Shown piece by piece: positions 50,067 to 64,000 of a DNA stretch of 64,000 bases (position 1 is its first letter; the number at the start of each line of letters is the position of its first letter). A program made the position numbers and the translations under genes. The DNA lies in NCBI GenBank assembly GCA_002633005.1, contig NMRA01000446.1:177156-241155 (forward strand), in the 5' to 3' direction. Below the pieces are notes generated by a model. The model made no database searches. It saw nothing but the letters and a program-made list of their open reading frames with translations, and was not told the DNA's origin. The stretch comes from Phoronis australis (Eukaryota > Animalia > Phoronida).

Positions 50067-50244
50067 ACATAGAGGGAAGGGTGGTGGTTTAGAAATTCCG
50101 TGCATAATGATTTTTCCAGGACTGCCTGATCTTGTTGGCTGTTAATGTAGAATATTAGGACTGTAGGTAACACATTTTTGCATGTACACATTCATGAGGT
50201 GGGCGTTTATTACGGGGAATACGGTAAATATGAGACTATGTATA

Positions 50245-51744
50245 CCGTATTCGGCCTGATAAACACTCAGGGCGCTTAGAAAAATTCGCTTCAGGAACGG
50301 GGGCGCTTATTATAGGCCAAAGTGGTTGAAACCCGGTCTCCAAAACAGATAAAATAGAAAGCTAGAATTCATTAAATTTACGCTCCTTGATGCATCTGTA
50401 ATCTTTGACAGTTTCTACAAAATTGCAGGGCATTGCTATCAAACTTTATTGTTTACAAACATTTTTCAGAAAATCCCAGTGCGAAAACTCGCAGACTGAT
50501 GCGTCGCTGCCTCGCGATCGCCAATCGGTCAACTTGAATTCTTGATTAAAAATATAGTTTCGATTCAACAAATTACCTGAAGTCCTCCTTAAGTTTTCAA
50601 AACAGCGTCCCTAAGACTTTTAAGTTCCTGTGGAGTCAGGATTAACTGCATATTAAGTCCAAATTGTACCCCGCAACGCGAGAAAAATCTCTGGATGAAC
50701 ACACGTTGTCACATGACGTTGGTTTTGAAGTTCGTCTGCGCCAGTGAGATAAATATAGCTACTCTATATATATATATGTATATATCTCATCGGTCTGCAT
50801 ATTGAGTGAGCGAGCAGTGGCGTGTCATCAGAGTTCATTTGCCAGAGTAAACGCGATGTAACGATCTAGGTGTGTAACTAAAGAAATTAACACAAGCAGT
50901 AAAAGCAGAACGGGTTTTATTTAGCACTTGTTGATCTCATCTGCTAAAAAACGTGCAAGAATTTTGTCCGATATTGAGTCGCCACGTGACTGGATGCGTG
51001 ACAGTCTAACAGTTATTTTTTAGGAGATTCAGGGGGGGAGTGTAAGGGTGCGGAAGTTTTCACTATCAGTGTGTCATTTTGACTTAAAAAACACCAATTA
51101 TGATTAATTTAATAATTCCTCTTAAATATAACGCAAATATTTTTTACAGCATTAAAAACTTTCGGAAACAGTTGCCGGTATTTATTTCTTGCCGATGCTA
51201 TATGCCACCCGTTTTATGAATAAATAGTTCCCGAAGACTAATCTTCGATGACAGATTCTTGAATGTAGCACGCGCTTCCTAGACGCGTGCTTTTAACTGA
51301 ACAAAGGTCAAATTTTTATTAGTCTTCAATTTGCGGTTTTCACATATACAAAGAGATTTAGATTCCTGTTGAGGGTGAAGATCTGTACAGGGAAGATACA
51401 ATACAATCCCTTTGACATTAGTACGCTGCATCTATTCTGAAAGGCCAGACCGTAATAGGACACGTCCCTCGCAAGATCAGCAAAACTTTTGTGTTCTTTT
51501 TGAAGCATGGCGGCAGTTAAAAGTGTAGTCATGGCTACATACCGACATAGCGGCGAGGCTCGTGAGGTACAAATTCCACGCACAATGATTTTTCAGGACT
51601 ATCGGATCTTATTGATAACTGTAGAATTTTAGAACTCATAGGTAAGGCATTTTAGGCATGTACATGGCGTTCATGGACTGGGCACTGAAAACGCGTAGGC
51701 GCGCTTATAGGGACATGGGCACTAAATTTTTAGGGCGAATACGG
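50245..51744. mobile_element. pogo/Tigger-like non-autonomous DNA element (~1.5 kb)
   Basis: TA|CCGTATTCGGCCT ... AGGGCGAATACGG|TG termini. Its right part (51400-51740) resembles the adjacent older fragment 49760-50226, which ends GGGGAATACGG|TA. Confidence 0.6.
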
Positions 51745-53420
51745 TGTTCTTGCATTCTGTTTAAATAACAATATCAAATAAGGATCATTTGGAAACCGAA
51801 AAGCTGTACCTTGAGGTTGTCGGTGCACAGCCATTTTGTCCATTTCATTCGGTTCACCACCAGGTGTGCCCTCTCTTGTTGTGGAATAAAACATTAAAAC
51901 AACAACGGGGATTCCCTAATGTCATTAAGGGGAATCCCGTACCTAAGGTCCGAATACACCAAAGTTTACTCCAGTTTATAACCAGACATCAATCTAATTT
52001 ATAGGAACTTACACCAGGGCTTGCCATCAGGCCTTCATCCAGCATAGTCCTGGGCGTCCAAATGGACGCCCTAGCACTAATCTGGAGCCCTGGCAAGGAT
52101 GCCCAATGTATCATTTGGAGGTCTTGTCAATCAGAATTTCTCCTTTGGACACCCACACTGTAAGATTACAAGGACACCCCAGTTAATGAAAGAGGGAAGT
52201 TGGGCCTTAAATATACAATGTATATAAAAAGTATGTAAAATGTCACAATGTTCAAACTATTTTCAAAGTATTTAGTAGACCTGTCAATCATAAGCACATG
52301 TTTGGTTGCCAGAGTGTCTCTGCCATAGACATCTTAGCATCATCTGTGCATTTTTCTTGTGTTGGTATTGCAGCTTTGATGACTCGTTGTACATAATATG
52401 AAGCTAGTTTTAAAAAATGATATGAGAAACTTTATAACAGCAACTTGCACTGTCATTCAACCAAAATCTGTAATATTTGTAATGCCTGTTCGGTTACCGG
52501 TTTGGCTGTTTTCGTAAATTTAGACATAAAAGTCTTAATCCACAGTTTTTTTTTTGTAACAAGATCACTACAAGAGAGCTGTTTTGTAAACTTACACGTA
52601 AAAGCCTTGTTCAACGCATTTTTTGTAAAAAACCTCTCTGTGTGTGGGGGAGGCGGTTACTGGTGAATGGTGATGGGGAGTGGGGGTAATGCGTCATTGG
52701 AATCATGGACGCCCTGGAATATTGGGAACCCCATTTTGGACACCTTATTTTCGAAATCCTGGATAAAGCCCTGCTCGACATAAGTGAGTAAACGCTCGAA
52801 AATACGAGTTGAAAAGTGAACTCACTAGTACGGATTCCAAGCAGATGTTCGACTTGTTTTTTTGTCACGGCTTCTTACGAGCCCAAAAAACAGGAATATG
52901 AGTGGACATTTCCGCCTATGTCAAGAGCTGTACACACATCATATTCTGAAATTTATACACAAGTGGACCTCCTATGGAAAAGAAAAGTCCACCAAAGTCT
53001 TTGATCTCCATTGTTAATACTATGCAAATTAAGATCAGTCCACTGAGATCAGACTTCCCTTTGTCTTAAAGCTGTGTGTATCATTTGTCATGCTCACAAC
53101 AAAAAGAACCAACTCTATGGTGCCTACATCAATCATGACTTCTCTTGAGCCATTACCTTTAAGTTGAACACAAAAGAAAAACACATAACCTACTTACTCC
53201 TTGGGGTAAATTGTCGGCATGAAATTCAATCATTGAGTGTCCACCTGGACTTCTGATCACAGCATGACATCATTCCATCATTCCTGATTATGTTTACCTT
53301 TCAAAATGATAATATACCTACTGGTGGTCGCTAGGTAACCACCAACGTCAGAAGGTGTGTCGTGAACTTAATAAGCTGAAGAGAATAATGATGAGAAGAG
53401 AAACAATAGATTCTACATTA

Positions 53421-53507
53421 CAACAGGAAGACAGTTGTAAGCATGCACCAACAGGAAGACAGTTGTAAGCATGCACCAACAGGAAGACAGTTGTAAGCAT
53501 GCACCAA
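53421..53507. repeat. 28-bp tandem repeat x3
   Basis: caacaggaagacagttgtaagcatgcac. Confidence 0.9.
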
Positions 53508-54450
53508 TGCAAGCAATTTGGCTGTGGTAATTCTTCACGCATTTTGCACAAAATAATTTCCAAAATTTGTCATTTAGCATAATGATTGCCGCAAATGATG
53601 GACATTTTGCTGGTTGAATTATAACATTATAAACCAAGCTTAAAATTGACTAACTTTTTTTCAATTTTGCTTGTCCACCATATTGAGTGACAAACAAGTG
53701 AAGAACCATATCATGTTATGAAACTTAGCTTCACAGGGGTAGTCATGAAGTTAACTCTACTTGTATTGCAGGCCCTCAATCCCTCGACTTTGAGGATGAA
53801 TAATGGCCCCATTCCCCTCTGAAAAATATTAAAAAATCACACGACATCCCCCTACTGAGGCCCAAAAAATTCCCCTCAAGTGACTGAAAAATACCCCTCA
53901 AGTGACTGAAAAATTCCCCTCAAGGTTCAAATCACTTGTAACTCACACAGAGCCTATGAGGTCTTGCAAAAGAATGGTGGGTGCTATTGACGGGTGAGTG
54001 GGGGGTAGAATTTTTCCCTCACCTCCAAAAATTCCCCTCCCAGAATGCACAGCACCTGTCGTCTCGGACGAATTAGGGCTCAGCACCGTAAAAAATATAA
54101 CTTCCAGCTAAATCTTCAAGAATTCTTGAAACAATGTTACTTAACCTTTACCAGCTTGAACACACTATACCGTGAAACAATGGTATTTAACCTTTACCAT
54201 CTTGAACACACTATAGGGTGAAACCAAAACAATTCATCAACATTTCTCAACAAAGATGGATGGTTTGTATCATACACCTCAAAGTGACATTAAGACCTTT
54301 TGTTGCATTGCAATGAGCTGCAGAAAATGGACAAATGACCACTTGGGAAATAATCACTGTTCAAACAAGGCAATTGACAACAGAGTAAAATTTTGATCCA
54401 AAAAACATTCATCCAAGGTCCCCACAGGACAGAGAAATGTGCAACCTTCA

Positions 54451-54616
54451 AAAAAATGGGTGGGCCGGCATCATCATAAGACCAAAAATGGGTGGGCCGG
54501 CATCATCATGAGACCAAAAATGGGTGGGCCGGCATCATCATGAGACCAAAAATGGGTGGGCCGCATCATCATAAGACCAAAAATGGGTGGGCCGGCATCA
54601 TCAAAAGACCAAAAAT
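54451..54616. repeat. 32-bp tandem repeat x5
   Basis: aaaaatgggtgggccggcatcatcat(a/g)agacc. Confidence 0.92.
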
Positions 54617-55392
54617 GTAAAACAGTAAAAATAGTAAAGGTAAAACAACAAGCGTCGGCACTAAACAGTGTTCTCCACAACAAAAATTCCAAAACTCAAC
54701 GCAAATATTTTTGATAGTAGTAATCACTGTTCATTCCCTAACAAAGTTATAAGTTTCTTTAATAATAAAAATGTCAATTCTAGTATCAATTCTACTTATT
54801 AAATACTACTAATGATGTGACCTAGTATTTAGGGACACCTGTTGTCCAGTTGAATAAGTTCTAATTCGCCACCAGACGTCAGTCAAAATCAAAATCCTTT
54901 AAATTAAGCATATCAAATTGTTAATTTACAGGTTTAAGTGCAAAATTTTAAAGTTAAAATAATATTGCTGTCTAGTCAATTATTAAGGTAAGGTACCTGA
55001 CATTATAAAATTATGTTAGACAAGGAATTTCTTTAGATTTTTTTAAGCAATAATTTACACTCAATTATTACAAAAATTAGGTCACATATGTAATAGGAAC
55101 TTTGGCATATGTTGGTTACTTCATCCTCATTGTTGATTCTGAGGGCAAAAGTGCCAAGCCAGCCAAAGTTTTAACTTGTCGCGGCACTTTTCAAACACGA
55201 TGCGCATTCTCCAAACTCGACGCGGCAAAATTTAAACTCGCTGCCGCGTCTAGTCAAAACTGGTCGTGGAGAACACTGCTAAATATATTAAAATACTCCC
55301 CACACTCCAGCGATGCGCTCTTTGTCAAGGGTATGATACAGACTGCCGAATAGTTGGATATAAATAATATCGGACAGGTGACCGCATAGTGA

Positions 55393-55808
55393 TATACAAC
55401 AGGCACCATGAACAATACAATGTATTGTATATCACACACATGGAGGTATACAACAGGCAGCATGAACAATATTGTATTGTATATCACACACATGGTGGTA
55501 TACAACAGGCAGCATGAACAATATTATATTGTACATCACACACATGGTGGTATACAACAGGCAGCATGAACAATATTATATTGTATATCACACACATGGT
55601 GGTATACAACAGGCAGCATGAACAATATTGTATTGTATGTCACACACATGGTGGTATACAACAAGCAGCATGAACAATATTGTATTGTATTGTATATCAC
55701 ACACATGGTGGTATACAACAGGCAGCATGAACAATATTGTATTGTATGTCACACACATGGTGGTATACAACAGGCAGCATGAACAATATTGTATTGCATA
55801 TCACACAC
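55393..55808. repeat. 52-bp minisatellite, ~8 copies
   Basis: tatacaacaggcagcatgaacaatattgtattgtatatcacacacatggtgg. Confidence 0.95.
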
Positions 55809-57481
55809 TCGCTACATCATGAACTCACCTTCCTCACGTGTTAAAGGTGAGATTGACTGTATACGAGGTGATGTGGATATGGACAAATTAACGACAGTAA
55901 CAAAAACTAATTAAATCGGGTGGCATTCTCCTTTAAGATGTCTGAGATGGGTAATTTTTTGATTCTCAATGAAATTGCATTAGATTATCTACAAAAAACT
56001 CCACTTTTTGGTTGGAACCCTAAACCATGACACTGACTAACGACAGAAGTCAACAAAAAGTATCACATTTTTTGAAGTCTAAAGAACATATTCCAATTTT
56101 TTTTACCTTTTTTCAGTTGATAAACATTATGTTCAGGGGCAAATTTAGATGGGGGCGGGGCAAGAAGGCCATGCCCCACTCTTAACCAATGGTGATTTTT
56201 TTCATAGAAGCTACCAACAGCTGGGTTTCTACTGAAGTTGTTCTACATCTGTTTGAAGGTAGAGGATTTCACCTTGCTGACTCTCTGAGTACCCTAATGC
56301 TCCAGTAGCACACCCCATCAAAATTAGTCGAGTACCCCATGGAAAACAGGGTCCAAGATGCCCCAGCCAATGGCCAACTGCATAAACAGCAAGCAATCTC
56401 TAATGAAGTTTTTCCATATGAAAAGATGTATATTCACCACAACCAGACAGAATATAGACAGTACAGATAGTTTCTGGGCCAACATCAACATGAGTTCGAG
56501 AAGACAAGGTGCAAGATTACCATTTCCATAGGCTCTCCCTAAAGTTTGTGGATCTCTATGGGTAACCCTGGTAGTCAGGGTGAAACTCCTTTGTCTCTCA
56601 GAAGTCCCGGTTCTTGTTAATGAACGATTGTTGCGCTCTGATGATTATTACATAATAGTGAATTAATAACAGAATCATTAACATCAACATCTATAGTACA
56701 CACAAACTTTAACTAATAAATTATTCTTAAAAACCTCATTTCTCCATTCAGTTACTTACAATTCTCCAACACCATATTTAAGGAACAATGAATCGAGTCC
56801 GCATGATAAATAGGCCTGTTTTCATGACTCTTTTTAGCAGATTTTTTTCCACAATTTTACTGTTGTGTACACAGAGCATTGTGCAAGTTTTGTTTTAATG
56901 CATTAAACTTTCAAGACCCGCAAGAACGGCCCAATTCGCTCCCACTTTCAACGAACTTTTCCCACCAACTTTACATTCCATATACAGGAGTTTCTGGATA
57001 GTTTGACAAGAACACGCAAAAAACGTGACAGTGTTAATGATTAATTTCACGAGTAAACGGTTCATGAGGGAGAAATGTTGAATTTTGGGAAAGAATGTTA
57101 CATAAATGCATGTACACATATTAGAATCTAAAATCCAGTATTTATCACTGCAAGTCTCAAGTCAGTGTAGCCTCTTAGACTACTTACATTGTGACATGAA
57201 CTGTAAAGATAACTTAGTTTTCTCATCATCACCCGTAGAATAACTAATATTGATGTTATTGCTACGGTTACGACGGTTACGGAGAAACCAACAAAGAAAT
57301 TTTGCAAGGAGGCAGAGCCAATAAGGCAAGGCCAAACCTTTGTTAGGAGTCTACAAATACTCTTTAATATCTAAAAATATATCGAATCACTACCCACAAT
57401 AGTACAGTATTAGAGAGCACAATTACAGCCCAGTAAATATAGCAATTTTCAGAAACTCGTGTTCTGAAGCTGGATAACATA

Positions 57482-57727
57482 CGGTAAAATCTCACCAATT
57501 TCGGACAAAAATAATTCCCAAAATTAGTCTTTTTTCATTTTTCAAACGCTTCTAATATTGTTTTGAATGTCCACGGTTGCTGGAAACATTGTCTGAAGGT
57601 AGCTACGACATAAACCTTTAAATTGGTGTAGCATTTATTTGGTACTACTTATCTTTTTATTAAAAAAATGAAAACATAAAATTTCACTTGTCAGTCATAT
57701 TGTGTCCTAAATGGTGAGAATTTACCG
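57482..57727. mobile_element. Tc1/mariner-type MITE related to the 17106 family
   Basis: TA|CGGTAAAATCTCACCAATTT ... AAATGGTGAGAATTTACCG|TA. Related fragment at ~46080-46300. Confidence 0.7.
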
Positions 57728-58208
57728 TACTTTTTACGGGCACAGTAATGTCTTGTTCATTGGCCATGAATTTATGTACATTAATAGAGGTAGCTTAGTT
57801 TTCAGCCACATTGAAGTAGATTTCCGAACAAACCCCAAAACAATATTATTCATGTAAGAATGTCCAACACATCCTTAACTTGAATTCATCACTGTCTTTT
57901 TTCACTTGATGGACAAACCATAGAAGCATAACCTACAACACCAGTAGGCATGCATGCCAAAAGGCTATCTTTAACTGACACAAATCTCAAGTTCAAAAGA
58001 GATTCATATTGCATCAAAAGACATCAGGACACAGAACAAATTTAATCATAGGGTTAAACAATTAGTTGCCCCATTTTCATACATTACAACTTCACCACAG
58101 TGCTGTCTCTCAAGTTACAATGACAAGTGGAGATCAGCCACCAGTTATTATGTTAGAGCCATCCTGACCTGAGCAAAGAGCACCAGGACAAACGAAGCCA
58201 TAATTTTG

Positions 58209-58304
58209 CAGTTCATCTACTCTGACAAAGATGGAGGTTCACAGTTCATCTACTCTGACAAAGATGGAGGTTCACAGTTCATCTACTCTGACAAAGATGG
58301 AGGT
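58209..58304. repeat. 33-bp tandem repeat x3
   Basis: cagttcatctactctgacaaagatggaggttca. Confidence 0.9.
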
Positions 58305-59990
58305 TTAAAAGCAAGATTTTTCACCACCGACGAGCATTTTCAAGTAGGCCTACTCTCCTGTTGTTTTCTTCATACGTTAATTGTTAAAATTGTTAATAAT
58401 AAAACGTAACTAATACAATACGTTGACTTTGTTATTTGATTTTTATTGGTAACACTCGTCCAACTTGTCTGTGGGCAAATTTCAACATGCATAATCTCTA
58501 CTCAACACGATATCTCAGTGAATATTTAGTTACTTTCAGATTAGTCAATAGTTTCCCAAAAAATATTTTCAAACATGAAAAACAAAAATATTCTTTCGAC
58601 TTTCGAGTGCCATTGTGGAGGGTACATTATTTCCGGCACAATCAATTACCAGATTTTGAAATGGACTGTGAGAAATATTCACTCAAAAGACCTGCACCGT
58701 CACCAATTTCACTGTTCTTGCCCTAAAAGTACACTTGATCTCCTCATCCACCATTCAAACACAATTTGAAATCGGAATTTCTGAACTCAACGCATTCACA
58801 CTCTTTTTGATGGATCACGAAGACGTTAACTACATTCTCTTCGGACCATTGCGGGAAAATTTGTACTGCAATTCAGTTTACTGGTATAAAAATACTAAAA
58901 ACTCGTAACAGAACGAAACCACTTCCGATAACTTGTTTTGACATGTACACAACCTGGTGGTAGAAAAAAAGTAACACTGAATTGACATGTCCCATTTAAA
59001 AAACTCAAGAGAATACACAAAAGATTGTTTTCTAAATGATGTCATCACCCTGATCATACTGAATTATACGAAGTCTCGTAACAAGCAGTATACTGCAGAC
59101 AGGTCTACAACAGGTTGTAGAATATGATTTGTATCAGTGCCGCAAATTTACTGTGAACTACACAGTTTACGCAAAAAGTAAAAGGTGGATATTGACATGA
59201 AATTATAGTGTAGCACTATTATAGTGTAATGGGGACCAAGCTGTGGCCTTGATAGGAGGGTCAAGATAAAACCTCAAAAACTATTCCAGTTTTCTAAACA
59301 ATCATTTCGTTTTTGACTTTTTCTATAAAAATCATAAAAAGATCATTTATATACATAATAGACCTTCATACCAAATTAGAACATGTTATAAACAACTCCT
59401 ACAAGCGGTTTGGAGAACAGTGTGTCAAGCATAGTATCTGAAGGTTTCATGTGAATCCAATCAAGAGTTTCCAGGATATCGTGTTCCAAAGTTATCCAAA
59501 TTTGGACACTGTTCTAGGGCTCCTAACGGAACACGACAAAAGTGAACAAAGTTCTGTATCACTTCCCATTACACGGCTAACATTAAAAAAACCTGTTAGC
59601 AGTAAAAACAACTGGTAAGGACTATTACGGCTGCAAAATTCCTAATTACAGAATAACTTAGCCCCACTAAAATCACCCTTCATTCAGTGTGTAGGTTTCC
59701 AGATTTGAAAATGAAAGTTGAATCCTGAAATATTGAATCAAATTTGAAAATTTAATGCTCAATATAATACTGACAAATGAAAATTTAATAGTCTATGTTT
59801 TGTGGTTAAATTAAGATTGAATTAAGGAAACAAAAAATAATGAACAAATTTTCATTTTCCAATCTAAACTGAACATAGGAATCATGAAATACATATTCAG
59901 TCAATATTCTATTTCACGGGTCTTTAGATCCCCACAGTGCAGCCAAGGGGGGCCCAGGCCCCCTGGGCCCCCCCTAAATCCGCCTATGTA

Positions 59991-60992
59991 ATACACTTGC
60001 TAAATTAAGTAAAGATCCTGCGAACGGTTTAGGAGATAGAGCCATAGGCGCAACAAAAACAAAACTGCCACTAGGAGGCGCCACTGAAGTAGTCAAAATC
60101 GTCAACCGTCCTCTTTATAGTAAGCACATACACGCCAATTTTCACAATCATCCTTTGAGCGGTTTGGTTGATAGAGGGGTGGACGCAAAAAACAGACTCG
60201 AAAACAGTAAAAATGGCCACTAGGTGCCGAATCCATCCAAAAACGGGAGGATAGCGTCAACTCACTAATAGGTGCCTACATATTAAACTTCATGAAAATC
60301 CGTTAAGGACTTTTGAAGATACAATTAAAGGTAGACGTAAAAAAATAAAATTGCCACTAGGGGGCACACCGGTAGTCGGATCTGTCCAAAAGTCTTCTTC
60401 TATTATTAACATCATATAAATGTACTTACTAAATTTCATAAAGATCCTGCGAATGGTTTAGGAGATACAAACATAAGCGCAAAAAAACAAAACTGCCACT
60501 AGGAGGCGTCACAGTAGTCGAAATTGTCGGAAAATCATCGTCAACCGTCCTCTTCATAGTAAGCACATATATGCCAATTTTCACAATCATCTTTTGATGA
60601 GCAGTTTGGTTGATAGAGGGGTGGACGCAAAAAAACTCGAAAACAGTAATAATGGCCACTATGTGGCACAAACTATGTCGAATCCATCCGAAAACGGAAG
60701 GATAGCGTCATCTCACTAATTGGTGCCTACATACCCAATTTCATGAAAATCCATTCTGGACTTTTAAAGATACAAAGGTAAGCGTAAAAAACTATAATTC
60801 CCACTAGGGGGCACACCAGTAGTCGGATCTGTCCGAAAGTTCTCTCATGCCGTCCCATTCATGAATGGAACATATGTGCCAAATTTCATGAACGTAAGTC
60901 AAAGGGTTTTAGAGATACAGCAGCGGACGCCGGACGGACGGACGGAGATGACAGCATAATGCGTCCACATATAAATATGTGGGCGCATAAAA
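59991..60992 (+). mobile_element. HINE family A, 5'-truncated copy
   Basis: Highly similar to 5650-6254, with about two higher-order ~440-bp units, (GGAC)n and an identical terminal hairpin. Confidence 0.75.
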
Positions 60993-61646
60993 ACTGAGAG
61001 TCAAAACACGGATATAGTTCATAATAACATGTATCAGTTTAAATTGAAAAAGCGCCTATGAAATATCAACCATTATCTCAAATTTAATAACGCAATTCCA
61101 ATTGAATCTTGAAACTCAGACACTAGGATTGGATGGCGACTCCAACCACGACTTTGCCTTCTGTCAAACTATCATGACACAAACTTCCAGTCATTTTGTC
61201 TGTATTATATTTTGACATGTACTCTATGTACTAATCAACTTCATACATCACCACGACGAATATGAAGTTTCCACGTCCTACTATTGCAGGAAACTGGGAC
61301 TAGTCAAACATTTCACTGATCAGAACAATGTCACGTGAACAAATAGTCAATAAAGAAGTAAAAACGTAGGCCATTTCAACAAGAACTTCTTTCAAGACCA
61401 GAAGCCAACATCCGAAGGCCTATCTCAAGTGATTTTGTAGACAAAACATACATGAATTCAGTTTCTTACTGATAATGTTGGTATTTGAGATAAGATTTAC
61501 AACAGTAAAATATACAAGCAATTGAGATAAATGGCTGCCATTGTTTAAAAACTGATTCTAACAAAAGGGGTAATAAATATCAAAAATGTAGCAAGTGTAA
61601 AAATGTGGCATATTCCCAAACTATGATGATTAAGTGATTCATACAC

Positions 61647-61952
61647 TAAGCATGGTAGAATACTGTAAAGCATGGAATACCCTTGATACTGACTAGCATG
61701 GTAGAATACTGCAAAGCATGGAATACCCTTGATACTGACTACTGCAAAGCATGGAATACCCTTGATACTGACTACTGCAAAGCATGGAATACCCTTGATA
61801 CTGACTACTGCAAAGCATGGAATACCCTTGATACTGACTACTGCAAAGCATGGAATACCCTTGATACTGACTAGCATGGTAGAATACTGCAAAGCATGGA
61901 ATACCCTTGATACTGACTACTGCAAAGCATGGAATACCCTTGATACTGACTA
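61647..61952. repeat. 33-bp minisatellite with interspersed 46-bp variant units
   Basis: actgcaaagcatggaatacccttgatactgact; some units carry an extra agcatggtagaat. Confidence 0.93.
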
Positions 61953-64000
61953 CCTAAATCTAATATCAATGTTTTTAATGAAATGTCCCTTAACTCATCA
62001 ACCTGTGCATCAGCCACAAATTTGACATGAACCTCAAAAACACAGCATGGTTCTTCACTGTTAAGGTACCAGTATTTAACACAATATAGCAGAAGGCAAA
62101 CACCTTATTTCTTTAATTTTCACCAAAAAAAGCAACTTTGTACTGAAGATCTAAATAAAAAACAAGATGAAGTTTTTGAAAATTTAGAAATTTGGTGAGT
62201 GCAAACTGTCAATGAAATTAGAATTAACCCATTTTCGTCTGAAATTGAAACACTGTTTGACTATGTACATTGACCATTATGTACGACAAACCAGAAAGTG
62301 TAGATAGGTACAAGGCCTAGACTTTTCGAGCTGAAATGTCGCCAATGACTAATACATTAAAACTGAGCATGTCCAATTTTGCTCTGATTGACTCCAGAGA
62401 AGTCACGCACTATTTTGTCTGTCTGCACGATTGAAACAGTTCATAACAAGTACAGCAAAAGTCACAGGGGTTCTGTATTTTGAGACCCTGTTTGATGATG
62501 GTTATTTAGAGGAGCAAACTGGTTCTCAAAATGTAGAACACCTGTATGAAAAACCAGTGAGCAGAGAGGACTTCATACACAGCTATATAATAGAGTGGTA
62601 CAAATTATTCGCCAGACAGAAACAAGAACATCCAGGAACGATCTCCATCCTCAATAATTTTACGAACAAACTGAACAGGATTGAAAATCTTTGATCAAGC
62701 CATTAGCGCAATCACTTGAAAACAAACATTAATTCATGATTGCCAAGACGCTATCAAGGATAAGCATTTACTAACGTAATGCAAAAATCAATATCAACAC
62801 ACACCTCAAGCCATGACAATACAACGATGGCTTGTTGACAGTGCAGGCAAAGCACAACTACAAAGCCACATACACAATCAAGTAACGGGTTGTACATTTG
62901 GGGCAGCAGAAATGTTATCATGGACACAAATTGGAACACAGTTTGACAGAACAATAGTAAACAAGAAGGCAATTTTACTTCATTATTTCAAACTTTATAC
63001 AGTACAGATGTCATCAACAAACATACGATGAAATTTTGAACATTTTGACAATACAGCAAGCATTTTAAAAATGAAAAAATAAAATTTTGGTCATTATTTT
63101 TGTTGGAATCTGAGGAAACATTACAGTAATCTATTTTCCGAGTTAGTAATTCCCAAGGGCCTAAATTGATGATTTAATGCAGTGTTTGTAGAGCATAACA
63201 CACTAATCTTTTGGTGACATCTTCTTAGAGAAATTTTTGTGGACAACTCCATGTATGGGGAATTTGTGTGACGAACATACGTGACAGACGTAAGCTCCGA
63301 ATTTCTAGTAATAAATTGTTTGTTGTAGCCAAGACATCAATTCAAAATAATTCAAACTTAACTATTTAGGCTATACTGTTTTTTTGCTATTGACTCAATG
63401 TTTTTTAATCAAATTAGACCAATTGACCTTTTGCACTAAATCATCACCTCAGGTAAGCCAATGCTGGGAATGTACCCTCTAGAATTTTAACTTTTCAAAC
63501 ACATTTGATTAATGATATAAAATAACTTCGTGAACTTCTCATTTCTTTTTGAATATGGTAAACAGTATGGATGGGAATGAGAAAGATAATTATTTTGTAT
63601 TCGACACCTGTTGATAATCAGGAAAATTGTTTTGATGCGTTATATAGCTCTAATACAAATTGGAAACTAGTAAGTAAACATGACTATCCTCAATATAAAA
63701 TGTGAAATAAAGTTTAAAACATTGTTAAACATCATTTTAATAAACATGCATTTTAATTGTTTATTTTTTACAACAGGACTTGCTGTAGGCTTGAACAGAC
63801 TTGTCTGGCCATGTCGCTGATAGTTTTGATGCGTGCCCATGTTAATAATAAAGGTGCTGTTTTATAAGGATATGTAAGAGGTGTCTTCATATAACAAGCT
63901 ATGAAGCAACAATTGGTCCAGCATGGTTTAGTTGACAGCACCATCTTGTGGCTTTCAAATTCTGATCGAAAACGCCGGTGCTGTCTTGCTGTGTGAAGGC

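Noticed and set aside
49727-50191. Repetitive ORFs in the track (also 18248, 41699, 55254-55822, 58206, 61545-62025)
   Set aside because: They are open only because they translate tandem repeats, often in several frames and on both strands.
52015-52773. hAT-like MITE (CAGGGCTT...AAGCCCTG)
   Set aside because: Only 8 bp of TIR match cleanly and the 8-bp flanks do not form a TSD. Probably an old element but not callable.
28340-55936. Inverted TTAA-AGG ends as termini of one 27-kb transposon enclosing PDE8 exon 1
   Set aside because: The copies are visibly diverged and the interval contains a conserved host exon. Two independent fragments of a common family is far simpler.

Overview
AT-rich, repeat-dense eukaryotic (metazoan, probably marine invertebrate) genomic DNA, not prokaryotic. 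The only host gene I can support is the 5' part of a cAMP phosphodiesterase 8 (PDE8) gene on the minus strand. It has five coding exons with consistent splice phases (31115-30852, 16782-16726, 15659-15469, 9031-8972, 2557-2500), one GC-AG intron, and continues beyond the left edge. The rest is intronic/upstream DNA packed with non-autonomous transposons and minisatellites. Main elements: an internally deleted Kolobok-type element (THAP transposase N-terminus fused to a convergent KolX/P2X7-ballast-like ORF); two copies of an AT-flanked THAP element (ISL2EU-like) whose THAP domain is split by the same nested 9-bp-TSD insertion; two Helentron/HINE-like families (one self-nested and carrying regularly spaced CTCF-like motifs); a CAC-terminated MITE with a 5-bp TSD (Transib-like); Harbinger- and Tc1/pogo-like MITEs; and a tRNA-derived SINE. 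Most ORFs in the supplied track are spurious. I found no convincing wholly new biological system; the best leads are listed as findings. All assignments come from reading by eye, with no database searches.
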